Shown piece by piece: positions 46,911 to 56,561 of a stretch of DNA of 64,000 bases. The notes under the pieces were generated by a model. The model saw only the letters and a list, made by a program, of their open reading frames with translations, was not told where the DNA came from and searched no databases. How positions within the stretch are numbered: position 1 is the first letter of the stretch; each line of letters opens with the position of its first letter. The translations under genes and the position numbers were made by a program. Origin of the DNA: Sedimentisphaerales bacterium (GTDB lineage: Bacteria > Planctomycetota > Phycisphaerae > Sedimentisphaerales > Anaerobacaceae); the NCBI GenBank assembly GCA_049509475.1, contig JBEKZW010000005.1, forward strand, positions 1 to 64,000, read 5' to 3'.

Positions 46911-47352
46911 TCAATCCGAAATTTTCTTTTGGTGTCAGAACGACCCATGCGCGCCAGTCGAATTTTTTTATGAATCGATGAGGGATCGGCTGCACATCTT
47001 TTAACCAGACGAGAACCCCGTATCGCGAGTTTGCTTTTTGGCGCCAGTGTTGGTCATCGCCGAGGACTTGCTGATTGTATTGCTTTTGCATTTCTAAAAT
47101 CTGTTCTGCAGTCAGGTTCTCGTAATATTTCACCTTGTCCACTGTCGCGGTCGCCATAACGGGACCTGAGCTTGCCTTAAGGAAGATTTTGTCGCCAGCG
47201 CTTATCTGCGAAAGCCATTTCTGCCTTGTCTGGTAAAGACGCGACTCAATTGTCTTGCGTCCCGCCAGTATCAGGTCCAAATACGGTTTTTTCAAAATTG
47301 CCAGGTGATGGTTCATTTCGTCTTTTATAGTGACAAAGACGTTGTTTGGCAA
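46900..47352 (-). CDS. ASCH domain protein
   Basis: 150 aa. The DLILAGRKTIESR beta-barrel motif is characteristic of ASCH/PUA-like domains. Confidence 0.75.
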   Translation of the reverse strand: MPNNVFVTIKDEMNHHLAILKKPYLDLILAGRKTIESRLYQTRQKWLSQISAGDKIFLKASSGPVMATATVDKVKYYENLTAEQILEMQKQYNQQVLGDDQHWRQKANSRYGVLVWLKDVQPIPHRFIKKFDWRAWVVLTPKENFGLINP

Positions 47353-47397
47353 TAACTTTGACCGTTCGCGGTGGCTGGTTTATAATCGCCGGGGAAA

Positions 47398-47658
47398 ATG
47401 AAGACAATAGTGAAGTCAATAATTAAAAAAGTAATCGGCGTAATTCTGATTATCTATGGGATTTTTGCTTTATTGACGCCTTTCACACCCGGCTCGTGGC
47501 TTGCGTTAATAGGGCTTGAGCTTGTGGGGATTAGGCAATTTATTTTCAGGAAGTTTCTCAACGACAAACAAAGGGCCGTCGCTGAGGCATTTATGGAAAA
47601 GCTGAAATCCAGGTTCAAAAAGAAAACCGACAACAAGACCGACGAAGAACAATCGTAA
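47398..47658 (+). CDS. Small membrane protein
   Basis: 86 aa, two TM helices, and a basic C-terminal tail. Confidence 0.45.
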   Translation: MKTIVKSIIKKVIGVILIIYGIFALLTPFTPGSWLALIGLELVGIRQFIFRKFLNDKQRAVAEAFMEKLKSRFKKKTDNKTDEEQS

Positions 47659-47662
47659 TCAG

Positions 47663-47845
47663 AATACTCAGGCGTACCACTGACGCTGTCTTTCTTTTGT
47701 TTTTTCGAGGACTTCGCGGACAATGCCCGCGTCTTCGGCAATCTGGAAATCGAACATACCCACGGCAATGAAATCCGCGCCGTTTTCAAAGGCGTATTTG
47801 AAGCCGCTTTTAGGCGATGAGACCCCGACGAGTCATCTTGTGAGA
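47663..47845 (-). pseudogene. Remnant of an OMP-decarboxylase/HPS (KGPDC)-family TIM-barrel gene (C-terminal 47 codons only)
   Basis: Translation SSPKSGFKYAFENGADFIAVGMFDFQIAEDAGIVREVLEKTKERQRQWYA-stop has no start codon and lies 30 nt after the HAD gene stop. GADFIAVG...AED resembles the PyrF/HPS C-terminus. Confidence 0.35.
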
Positions 47846-47876
47846 CATAATATCGTTCTTTCCGGGTGCAACAGTA

Positions 47877-48491
47877 TTATACAATATTCGGGAAAAATCC
47901 GGCTATGTCTTTTTTGAAATTGCAGGTGTTTTCGAAGAGAATCGTTTGAAGGCCTATCCGTTTTGCCCCGTCGATATTTTCCTGTTTGTCATCGATGAAT
48001 AATGCCTGCCGGGCCGGAATACCGAGCCGGTCGAGGGCGATTTCGTAAATTTTTCTTCCGGGTTTGGCTGTGCCTTCGAGGCAGGACAGGACCGTTACGT
48101 CGAAAGAGCCGTATCTTTGCTTGTTTATTATTTCGACAACGGGTTTTTCGGTATTGGACAATATCGCGGTTTTGCAGCCGGCCTTTCGCAGACGGGACAC
48201 CAGCGAGAACATTTCCTGTCTCGGTTTATACGCTGCCCTGAATGCCTCTGTCCAGAGCGAATTTACTTTGGGCATCGGCACGTTGAGGCGCTGAGCCATA
48301 TTCGACCAGAACTGCTGTTCGGTAACTATTCCGGTCTGGAAATCATTGATACAAATATCGAAGGCGGTTACATATTGCTCGATGCTTACGCCGAAGGCGT
48401 TTGCGCAATATTTGAACAGCGCAGGCGCCGGGTCCTCGATTAAAACACCGCCCCAGTCAAAAATTACCGCGTTTATTTTTTCCATAAGCAC
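47877..48491 (-). CDS. HAD-IA family hydrolase
   Basis: DxDGVL motif I (VIFDWGGVL), motif II/III (LSNT, FIDDKQEN). Confidence 0.85.
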   Translation of the reverse strand: MLMEKINAVIFDWGGVLIEDPAPALFKYCANAFGVSIEQYVTAFDICINDFQTGIVTEQQFWSNMAQRLNVPMPKVNSLWTEAFRAAYKPRQEMFSLVSRLRKAGCKTAILSNTEKPVVEIINKQRYGSFDVTVLSCLEGTAKPGRKIYEIALDRLGIPARQALFIDDKQENIDGAKRIGLQTILFENTCNFKKDIAGFFPNIV

Positions 48492-48614
48492 AAGAGCATA
48501 TTTACAGAGAAAGTTAATATCAACTGAAAAGTGAGTTTCAAATGATTATTGATGATTGATTAGGCAGTTGATGACGGTTACAATCACCGCTTCTTTTGCG
48601 GAACAGATTGAGAT

Positions 48615-49847
48615 ATGAAACAGAAACTCGACAAACATAAATTAAGTAACGGGATGATACTGCTTGGCGAACGTATGGAAGCGGTGGAATCGGTGGCATT
48701 TGGTTTTATGCTGCCGGCGGGCGCAGCGGTGCTGCCGGCGGGCTGCTGCGGCGCGGCCAATGTAATATCTGATTGGATATTCCGCGGCGCAGGCGAAAGA
48801 GACAACAGGCAATTAGGCGACGCCCTCGACGGGCTGGGCCTTCAGCGTTCAGCAGGTGTCGATAGCGCACATATCTCTGTTGGAGCCGCCCTTGAGGCAA
48901 GCAACTTGTCGGCGGCGATTGATTTGTATGGCGATATCATACTTCGCGCAAAACTTGAGGATGAGCAGTTTATCCCGGCCAGACAATTGGCAATCGAGGG
49001 GGTAAAGGGACTTGATGATGACCCCCGGCAAAAGGTGATGCTTAAATTGCGGGAGCAGTTTTATCCTGAGCCGCTTGGCAGAAGCACCGCCGGGGAAATC
49101 GCAGACCTCGAAGCGCTTACGCCCCAGACGACCAAGAAAATTATCGCCGAGAGATTCAATCCCGCGGGGACGATTTTTTCGGTTGCGGGAAAATACGATT
49201 TTGACGCGGTCGTGCGACAGGCGGAAAAGATATTCGGCGCAAAAAGCGGCAGCCGGTTCAGGTCGCCCAAAACCGGCGAAGCCGGCGGGCGATATAAACA
49301 TATTCCCAATGACGGCGCACAGGTGCACATCGGACTTATGACGCCGACGGTAGTTTTGAAAGACAAAAATTACTATAACGCGCGTGTCGCCGTGGGGGTG
49401 CTGTCAGGCGGGATGGGCGCGAGGCTGTTTACGGAGGTCAGGGAAAAACGCGGGCTTTGTTACGCAGTCGGCGCACAATATCACGCGATGAAAGAAGCGG
49501 CTGGTGTAATGTGCTATGCGGGGACGACGCCCGATAAGGCGCAAGAGACTTATGATGTAATAGTCGCGGAATTTAACCGCCTCGCGGAGGGCATAAGCGA
49601 AGAGGAGCTTCAGCGGGCCAAAGTCGGGTTGAAATCGGCGATGATTATGCAGAGCGAGTCATCGAGCAGCAGGGCGGGCTCAGTCGCTGGCGATTATTAT
49701 ATGTTAGGCAAAGTGCGGACTCTCGATGGAATCAAAAAGGCAATTGATGGTACAACCGTCGATTCGGTGCTGACTTTCCTGCGAGAAAATCGTTTCAAGG
49801 ATTTTACGGTCGTAACAATAGGCCCGAAGGAAGTGAAAGTTGGATAA
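48615..49847 (+). CDS. M16 family peptidase-like protein (no HxxEH; probable non-catalytic subunit)
   Basis: Insulinase-fold sequence that lacks the zinc-binding HxxEH motif. Paired with the downstream M16 gene. Confidence 0.75.
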   Translation: MKQKLDKHKLSNGMILLGERMEAVESVAFGFMLPAGAAVLPAGCCGAANVISDWIFRGAGERDNRQLGDALDGLGLQRSAGVDSAHISVGAALEASNLSAAIDLYGDIILRAKLEDEQFIPARQLAIEGVKGLDDDPRQKVMLKLREQFYPEPLGRSTAGEIADLEALTPQTTKKIIAERFNPAGTIFSVAGKYDFDAVVRQAEKIFGAKSGSRFRSPKTGEAGGRYKHIPNDGAQVHIGLMTPTVVLKDKNYYNARVAVGVLSGGMGARLFTEVREKRGLCYAVGAQYHAMKEAAGVMCYAGTTPDKAQETYDVIVAEFNRLAEGISEEELQRAKVGLKSAMIMQSESSSSRAGSVAGDYYMLGKVRTLDGIKKAIDGTTVDSVLTFLRENRFKDFTVVTIGPKEVKVG

Positions 49848-49930
49848 TAAAAAAATTGCCAATTACCAATTTCCAATTGCCGATTTTTTTACAATTGGCA
49901 ATTGACAATCGAAAATCGGAAATTTGCTTT

Positions 49931-51157
49931 ATGGAATTCAAAAGCCACAAGCTGAAAAATGGACTGACGGTCATAGGCGAGGTGAATAAGAGCGCCAAAT
50001 CGACCGCTGTCGGGTTTTTTGTGAAGACCGGCTCGCGCGATGAGGATTTAAAAATCAACGGCGTGTCGCATTTTCTCGAACATATGGTCTTCAAGGGCAC
50101 GCAGCGCCTGAGTCCCTTCGCGGTCAACGAGGCCTTCGACAAAACCGGGGCGCAATATAACGCCTTTACCAGCGAGGAGAACACCGTATTTTGGGCGGCG
50201 GTGCTGCCTGAATACATCGAGGAAATTACAAAGCTGTGGATTGAGATGATGAGGCCCGCTCTTCGCACAGAGGATTTTACAATCGAAAAAAATGTCATCA
50301 AGGAAGAAATCGCGATGTACAAGGACATGCCCAATTTCGATGTTATGGACCGCTGCCGGGAGCTTTATTTCGCCGGGCATCCCTGCGGTCACAGCGTCCT
50401 GGGCAGCGAAGAGTGCATCGATGCGATGACAGCCGAGCAGATGCGCGGGTATTTTGCCAGCCGTTACGCGCCGAATAATATGGTCGCGGCGGTCACCGGC
50501 AATTTCGACTGGGAGCCGATTCGCGATATTATTGAGGCGGGCTGCTCAGGCTGGCAATACCAGGATACCGGAAGGAAACTGGCCGATACACGCGGAGGTC
50601 GCGACAAAAAACGGCTGGAAAAAGCCAATCTTTCCCGCGAGCATATCTGCATAGTAAGCCCCTCGGTATGCGCGCAGAGCGATAAGCGGTTCACGGCCGC
50701 TCTTTTGAATATGATTATCGGCGACGATGTCGGCTCACGGTTTTTCTGGGAGCTTGTCGATAAGGCAATCGTCGAAACGGCGTCTTTCGACTTTGCCCCT
50801 ATGGATGGCACCGGCGCAAATTATACCTATATCAGATGCTCCAGCGAAAACACCGGCAAAGCGATGGAAATCATCAACAGGATATTTGCCGACCTGACCA
50901 AAACAGGCGTCACTGAAGATGAATTGACCAAGGCCAAAAACAAGGTCCTTAGCTCATTAGTTATAAAAAACGAATTGCCTATGGGCCGGCTCGTTGATTT
51001 GGGATTCAACTGGACGTATCTCGGCAAGTATCGCAAAATCGAAGATGATGTTCAGGCGATAAAGGCCGTTACAGTCGCTGAAATAAACACACTTCTAAAA
51101 GAATACCCCCTCGGCGAATTCGCCCAATTCTCCTTATCCCCCGCACAAAACAGCTAA
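49931..51157 (+). CDS. M16 family zinc peptidase (catalytic subunit)
   Basis: HFLEHMVFKGT inverted zincin motif. The ORF may start at the upstream Met at 49856. Confidence 0.85.
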   Translation: MEFKSHKLKNGLTVIGEVNKSAKSTAVGFFVKTGSRDEDLKINGVSHFLEHMVFKGTQRLSPFAVNEAFDKTGAQYNAFTSEENTVFWAAVLPEYIEEITKLWIEMMRPALRTEDFTIEKNVIKEEIAMYKDMPNFDVMDRCRELYFAGHPCGHSVLGSEECIDAMTAEQMRGYFASRYAPNNMVAAVTGNFDWEPIRDIIEAGCSGWQYQDTGRKLADTRGGRDKKRLEKANLSREHICIVSPSVCAQSDKRFTAALLNMIIGDDVGSRFFWELVDKAIVETASFDFAPMDGTGANYTYIRCSSENTGKAMEIINRIFADLTKTGVTEDELTKAKNKVLSSLVIKNELPMGRLVDLGFNWTYLGKYRKIEDDVQAIKAVTVAEINTLLKEYPLGEFAQFSLSPAQNS

Positions 51158-51166
51158 ACGTCGATT

Positions 51167-51198
51167 GTCATTGCGAGGAGCAAAGCGACGAAGCAATC
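51167..51198. repeat. Hairpin repeat GTCATTGCGAGGAGCAAAGCGACGAAGCAATC
   Basis: Same family as 22691-22720 and 638-666. A partial copy lies at 51843-51857. Confidence 0.5.
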
Positions 51199-51358
51199 TC
51201 ATGCTCCGAACGTCATGCTTTTCAACAGTTCCGCTGTCCCTATTTATTCCGACAGCAACGAAAAAGGCCCGGGAAAAATCCTCCGAGCCAATCTAAATGC
51301 CACAAAAGCACTGAACCATTATACCGAGCCAAGTTAAGACCTGAAATCCACTAAAATA

Positions 51359-51661
51359 CTATGTTTTTTTTGCCAGCGTGAATCCCCAAGGACTCTGTAA
51401 TATTTTATCTTCATCTCCATCAGGTGCTTCATCAAAAGAATCTGGTGCACCACAGTTCGGACAATTCACGGTTTCTGATATGTTCAACCCATACAACGCT
51501 CGTTGTGATAAATCATCTGGGTTCAAAAAAATAAACGAAATCTCTTCATCATATAATGCGTATGAACCACACCTGTTGCACTTTAGAATATATAATCTTG
51601 CATTGTCAGTATAACCACCTCGGCTTGTAATCTCTTTGTTATTCTTTGCTCTTACTGCCAT
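51359..51661 (-). CDS. Small zinc-ribbon protein (CxxC...CxxC), AT-rich
   Basis: 100 aa with CNRCGS and CPNCGA pairs. Low-GC local composition. Confidence 0.45.
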   Translation of the reverse strand: MAVRAKNNKEITSRGGYTDNARLYILKCNRCGSYALYDEEISFIFLNPDDLSQRALYGLNISETVNCPNCGAPDSFDEAPDGDEDKILQSPWGFTLAKKT

Positions 51662-51970
51662 ATAGTTCCCTTGAAATCAGAGCTATTTTACATTAATAAA
51701 TAACAAATAAATAAGGACAGCTCCACAGCCACCTATTATTTTCCACAAGCTCGGTCCGACGTCCCTTAGCCGAAATCATTATATTCCAAATCTCCCGATT
51801 TAGCAAATCAGCAACTTCTTTTCCCCGCCACAGGCGGGTAAACCTCGCAATGACAAAAAGGGGAGAATTTTCAAAAAAACGTGAGTAATGGAAGCATTCT
51901 GCGCATAATATCTTATGAAAACCCTACTTCGCCCTGCGGGCTACGCAGGGCAGGCCGGCGAAAAAATTGA

Positions 51971-52567
51971 ATGAGTAAGGGACAGGTGGAACAGGAGCCG
52001 AAAAAACACGCGTGTTCGGGGCTTGTCGAAGGCGACAGCGGGGCTTGGCAGCAGCTTCTACAGCAGATTATTCCGCAGCTTTATGGGATGTTCCTCAAAA
52101 GCTGGCCAAACCCGTCGCTTGCAGAAGAATTAGTGCAGAAAACCGTCTTCGACGCGGTCCGCGGGCGGACCACCTTTGACCCCGAAAAAGGCGCCTTCGA
52201 GGAATGGATATTCGGCATCGCCCATAACAACATCCGGCTTGAAATACGAAAACGGGCGGCCAGGCCCACTGTGGATGGTGACATCAGCGATTATATCGAC
52301 GTAATGGATACAGAGCCGCTGCCTGATGAGCTGCTGGAAAATAAAGAGACCGCCGATATCGTGCGGAGGGCCTTAGGGCAGCTTGACCAAAAAGAGCAGA
52401 TGACGTTACGGGCGATGTATATCGAAGGTCTCTCGGCACGCGAGATTGCCGAACGGATGGAACTGACGGAAAAAGCTGTGCACAGTATTCTTTACAGGGC
52501 AAGAAATTCTCTCCGCGCCAAGCTTAAGCAATTGGCGCGTTTGGATAAACAGGAGTATGACAAATGA
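51971..52567 (+). CDS. ECF-type RNA polymerase sigma factor
   Basis: Sigma-70 region 2 (FDAVRGRTTFDPE) and region 4 HTH (LSAREIAERMELTEKAVHSILYRARNSLR). Confidence 0.85.
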   Translation: MSKGQVEQEPKKHACSGLVEGDSGAWQQLLQQIIPQLYGMFLKSWPNPSLAEELVQKTVFDAVRGRTTFDPEKGAFEEWIFGIAHNNIRLEIRKRAARPTVDGDISDYIDVMDTEPLPDELLENKETADIVRRALGQLDQKEQMTLRAMYIEGLSAREIAERMELTEKAVHSILYRARNSLRAKLKQLARLDKQEYDK

Positions 52568-54666
52568 AACCGGAAAATAACAATCTTGAAAACAATATCT
52601 CGCGGCTGGTGAAGCTGGCCGGCGATTCGAATCAGCCCCCAAAGGCGTTTACCGACTCTCTTGTTAATAAGGCAATCGATGAATTATCGCAGCCCAACGC
52701 CACGCGAGAACGAAAGAGCAAAATTATGACTGCTAATAAACGATTAAAAATATTTGCAGAAGCCGCAACGGTTCTTATCGTCTGCGGCGTTCTGGCTGCG
52801 ATAATGATGCCGCCTCTCAGTAAAACCAGGGAACACGCTCGTCGTGTCGCAAAACTTTCGGATGAGAAGCAAAGTAACTTACAGAAATCTTTTGAGGCAC
52901 AGCAGCCGCAAACACAGGCGATGCCTCAAGGCGAGCAAAAAGGGGCTAATGTCCCGCTACCTTCGGCAGCTTCAGCGCCTTTAGAGTACACACAAGGCAA
53001 AAACAAACCTTTAATTGCTTCAGACATAAAAGCTACACGTGAATTAGGCAAGGCTGAACAACTGTATTGGCACGGACAGCCGCAGCCGGGCGACCATTTC
53101 ATAAGTGGGGAAGAGGCAAAGGGTGTTAGGGGTTATGGAGTAGTACAACAAAGGGCATACGACCTTTGTATGCCTTATCCACCTCCCTGCAAGTTGCCGA
53201 TACCTTCTTGTCCGCCGCCGATGGCGCATGGCGGGTCGGTGCCGCCGAACGGCGAGGATGTAGATGCGATGTTCTTCAAGAACTATGGCGTCAATCCTTT
53301 CATCGATACGGAGGACGACCATTTGTCGACCTTTGCGATGGATGTCGATACGGCGAGCTACACGCTTATACGCGGGTATCTGCACGACGGGCATATGCCG
53401 CCGAACGATGCGGTTCGTGTAGAAGAGTTCGTGAATTACTTCAAATACAATTATCCAGCCCCGAAAAAGGACGACTTCGCGGTATATTCTGAGGCGTCGC
53501 CCTGGCAGTTCGGCGCAGATAGAAAGAACAGCTATCTGCTTCGGCTGGGGCTAAAGGCAAGACAGATAAGCGAAGAGAACCGCAAACCCGCGATTTTGAC
53601 TTTTGTGATTGATGTCTCCGGCTCGATGCAACGCGAAAACAGGCTGGGGCTTGTCAAAAAGTCGCTGCGCCTGCTCATCGATAATTTGAAACCCGATGAC
53701 AAAATCGGAATCGCTGTCTATGAAACGAGAGGCCGCAAGGTGATGGACTATAAAGGCCTCGTTGAGAAGGACGATATTCTGGCGATAATCGATTCCCTCA
53801 CTGCAGGCGGTTCGACCAATGCCGAGGAAGGAATCAGGATTGGTTACGAAATGGCCGAAAGGGCATTCAAACCCGGCTATATCAATCGCGTTATACTTTG
53901 CACCGACGGCGTCGCCAACGAAGGTCAAACTGCTGCCGAAGACATCCTGAAGGAAATTAAAGAAAAAGCGGACAAGGGAATTACGCTTTCCGCAATCGGC
54001 TTTGGAATGGGTAACTATAATGACGTGCTTTTGGAGAAGCTCGGCGACAAAGGCAATGGCCATTACGCTTACGTCGATACAATCGCCGAAGCCAAACGCA
54101 TCTTCGAGGAAAACCTTACAGGTACGCTTCAACTGATAGCCAAGGACGCCAAGATTCAGGTTGATTTTAATCCTGATGTTGTTCGCAGTTACCGGCTGAT
54201 TGGTTATGAGAACAGGGATGTCCCCGACGATAAATTCAGGGATGACAAATACGACGGCGGTGAAGTAGGAGCGGGGCATTCTGTGACCGCGCTTTACGAG
54301 CTTAAGCTGTGGCCCGAAAAGAAAGGCAAAATAGCCACGACTTATGTGCGATACAAAAACGCCGAGAGCGGGGCAGTTACTGAATTCAAAAGTGAATTTA
54401 ACAGCAGCCAGTTGAGTCGCAGTTTTGATGATTCGAGCAAACAATTCCGGCTTGCGGCGACCGTGGCGGAGTTTGCGGAGATTCTTCGCAGCAGTTACTG
54501 GGCCAAAGGCGCGACGCTCGAGCCGGTTCTGCAGCAGGCACAAACGCTTTGCGGCGAATTTAAAGGTAATGCTGATGTGATAGAGCTTGTCGATTTAGTA
54601 TCGAAAGCAAAGCAATTGACGCTAAAGTCACCCGTCCAGCCGGCCGAAAATTCACAAAGCGAATAA
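52564..54666 (+). CDS. Anti-sigma-like N-terminus / single-TM / von Willebrand factor A domain protein (YfbK-like)
   Basis: 4-bp overlap with the ECF sigma gene. TM helix at about aa 70. VWA MIDAS region FVIDVSGSM...T.G..N. DUF3520-like C-terminus. Confidence 0.8.
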   Translation: MKPENNNLENNISRLVKLAGDSNQPPKAFTDSLVNKAIDELSQPNATRERKSKIMTANKRLKIFAEAATVLIVCGVLAAIMMPPLSKTREHARRVAKLSDEKQSNLQKSFEAQQPQTQAMPQGEQKGANVPLPSAASAPLEYTQGKNKPLIASDIKATRELGKAEQLYWHGQPQPGDHFISGEEAKGVRGYGVVQQRAYDLCMPYPPPCKLPIPSCPPPMAHGGSVPPNGEDVDAMFFKNYGVNPFIDTEDDHLSTFAMDVDTASYTLIRGYLHDGHMPPNDAVRVEEFVNYFKYNYPAPKKDDFAVYSEASPWQFGADRKNSYLLRLGLKARQISEENRKPAILTFVIDVSGSMQRENRLGLVKKSLRLLIDNLKPDDKIGIAVYETRGRKVMDYKGLVEKDDILAIIDSLTAGGSTNAEEGIRIGYEMAERAFKPGYINRVILCTDGVANEGQTAAEDILKEIKEKADKGITLSAIGFGMGNYNDVLLEKLGDKGNGHYAYVDTIAEAKRIFEENLTGTLQLIAKDAKIQVDFNPDVVRSYRLIGYENRDVPDDKFRDDKYDGGEVGAGHSVTALYELKLWPEKKGKIATTYVRYKNAESGAVTEFKSEFNSSQLSRSFDDSSKQFRLAATVAEFAEILRSSYWAKGATLEPVLQQAQTLCGEFKGNADVIELVDLVSKAKQLTLKSPVQPAENSQSE

Positions 54667-54730
54667 TCCCGCCTCCCGTAAGGGACGCCTAACGGCGTAT
54701 GGCGGATAAGTCCAGCCGATTAACAGACGA

Positions 54731-54764
54731 GGGCCTGCGAGGAGGGCAGGCCCTTATTTTTTTG
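54731..54764 (+). terminator. Rho-independent terminator after the sigma/anti-sigma operon
   Basis: GGGCCTGC gaggagg GCAGGCCC followed by TTATTTTTTT. Confidence 0.7.
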
Positions 54765-54859
54765 CCCCATAACTTACCTCGCCTTTTGCGATTCCTACTT
54801 GAATCATACCTGTCCTGATGTTAAGATAGATAAGTTGGCATAGACGGGATAAATAACAA

Positions 54860-55231
54860 ATGGCCGAGACAGACAGACAAGCTGACGAATATAAGACGCC
54901 CCGCAGGCCTGTCCTGCGAGCAAAGGACATAATACCCGGAGCCGCCAGTCCAGCGGGCAATGATGAGGGCGTTAGCAATACTGATATCCCGCGTTTTGAC
55001 CTGGCGGAAGACATAATGGCAGAGCAGCGCCGGCTGACCGCTGTGCGCCGTAAAGGGCCGGGCAGCCCCGAACTGGCTAATCTTCCCCCGTCTCCCCGAT
55101 TGCCGATGGCTATAAGTCCGTCCCAAAGCATTCATAGCTTTTCAGGAGGCTTTAATTACATCAGTGACCCTATCATAGCGGATATCGTGGCCAGAGATAT
55201 TGAACGGTTCTGCGGCGGTTTCCGGGCATAG
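54860..55231 (+). CDS. Hypothetical protein
   Basis: 123 aa ORF with protein-like composition. No RBS or domain support. Confidence 0.3.
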   Translation: MAETDRQADEYKTPRRPVLRAKDIIPGAASPAGNDEGVSNTDIPRFDLAEDIMAEQRRLTAVRRKGPGSPELANLPPSPRLPMAISPSQSIHSFSGGFNYISDPIIADIVARDIERFCGGFRA

Positions 55232-55341
55232 GTCAAAAATCGCGGTTTTTGCTTCGTAGAGAATTTTCTTTGTTCCCACTTGCTTTCTGCGCGATAAAAG
55301 TCCTATAATCAGCGATGCGAGTTTAGTTTTTTGCTGCTTGA

Positions 55342-55590
55342 TTGAAAAATAAATACATGGCATTTGCATTATGGGGAGAGGAAATGAAACACACTTATAC
55401 ATATTGCAAGGATTGCAAGTGGTGGAGCCAGCTTGCAGATCATGGGCCAAAGAGAAATCAGGGTGAATGCCGCAGGTATCCGCCGGCGGTATTTTTCACC
55501 GGACGGGTGTATCAGACCTTCTGCGAGGTGTCGGAACGCGGTTTTCCGATTACCGCCGAGGACTGGTGGTGCGGCGAATCGAAATTTTAA
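55342..55590 (+). CDS. Small Cys/Trp-rich hypothetical protein
   Basis: 82 aa (CKDCKWW...C...C...WWC). Confidence 0.35.
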   Translation: MKNKYMAFALWGEEMKHTYTYCKDCKWWSQLADHGPKRNQGECRRYPPAVFFTGRVYQTFCEVSERGFPITAEDWWCGESKF

Positions 55591-55726
55591 GCTGGCTTCG
55601 GGAAATTTGGGTTTGGAAGACGACATGATATCCGTCAAAAAAATCATAAAACCGATTGCAGAAATCGGCGAAATCGCGCATAATTATAAGTTCGAAATTC
55701 TGGCACGCAATTTTGAAAGGCAATAG

Positions 55727-56461
55727 ATGGGTTCGGTATTACAGGCGCTGGTAAAGCTTCAGAGCGTGGAGAACCGCCTGCGGGCGGCGAAAGCGAAGCT
55801 TGCCAGATGCAGAAGAAACGTCATCATACAGGAAAATCAGATTCGCACGCTTCAAAACGCCCTCGAAGCAAAGAAAGAAGAAGTCCAGCTCACAACGATA
55901 CAATCAGACCGGCTTGAGCTTGAGCTTAAGACCCGGGACGCGGATATTGCCAAGTTAAGGGCGTCGCTGAATACGGCCAGGACCAACAAGGAATATGCGG
56001 CGGTGTTGACGCAGCTGAACACGACCCGGGCCGACAATTCCAAAATCGAGTCGCAGATTCTCGACCTGATGAAGGATATCGAGGTTGATAACACGGAATG
56101 CCAGAAACTTCAGCAGCAGATTGACGAGCAAAAAGGAAAACTCGAGCAGGTCCGCAAGGAATCGGAACAACTGGCGACCAAATACGAAGCCGAGACAGAC
56201 CAGATTCAGTGCGAGTGGGACGCGGCGGCCGGTCAGGTGCCCCCTGAGCAGCTTGAGATATTCAAACGCGTTGCCGAGACATACGACGGCGAGGCAGTCG
56301 CCATTATCGAGCATGGCCAGGGCAGGACGGGCGCTTACACCTGCGGGGGCTGCTTTATGGGCGTCACCGACGAGTGCGTCAATCAACTGATGACCAAAGA
56401 CGATATAATCCGCTGTCCCAACTGCACGCGAATACTGGTGCTCAATCCTTCGCAGGAATAA
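55727..56461 (+). CDS. Coiled-coil protein with C-terminal C4 zinc ribbon (COG1579-like)
   Basis: Long coiled coil followed by C..C...C..C (YTCGGCFMGV...IIRCPNC). Confidence 0.8.
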   Translation: MGSVLQALVKLQSVENRLRAAKAKLARCRRNVIIQENQIRTLQNALEAKKEEVQLTTIQSDRLELELKTRDADIAKLRASLNTARTNKEYAAVLTQLNTTRADNSKIESQILDLMKDIEVDNTECQKLQQQIDEQKGKLEQVRKESEQLATKYEAETDQIQCEWDAAAGQVPPEQLEIFKRVAETYDGEAVAIIEHGQGRTGAYTCGGCFMGVTDECVNQLMTKDDIIRCPNCTRILVLNPSQE

Positions 56462-56464
56462 AAA

Positions 56465-56535
56465 AGATTGATTATTGATAATTGATTATTAATGAATATG
56501 GCCGGTGTTTTTAATAATCAATTATCAATCATCAA
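56465..56535. repeat. AT-rich 24-bp inverted repeat (ATTGATTATTGATAATTGATTATT / AATAATCAATTATCAATCATCAAT), TTGATTATTGAT family
   Basis: Related palindromic units lie at 35031-35058, 36307-36380 and 48541-48565. Here it sits where an intrinsic terminator for the upstream gene would be. Confidence 0.6.
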
Positions 56536-56561
56536 TAAACAATGAACGCGGAGGCAAGGCA

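Noticed and set aside
53551-54543. 330 aa minus-strand ORF inside the VWA/anti-sigma gene
   Set aside because: It lies fully within a plus-strand gene whose VWA domain motifs are conserved. An antisense artefact.
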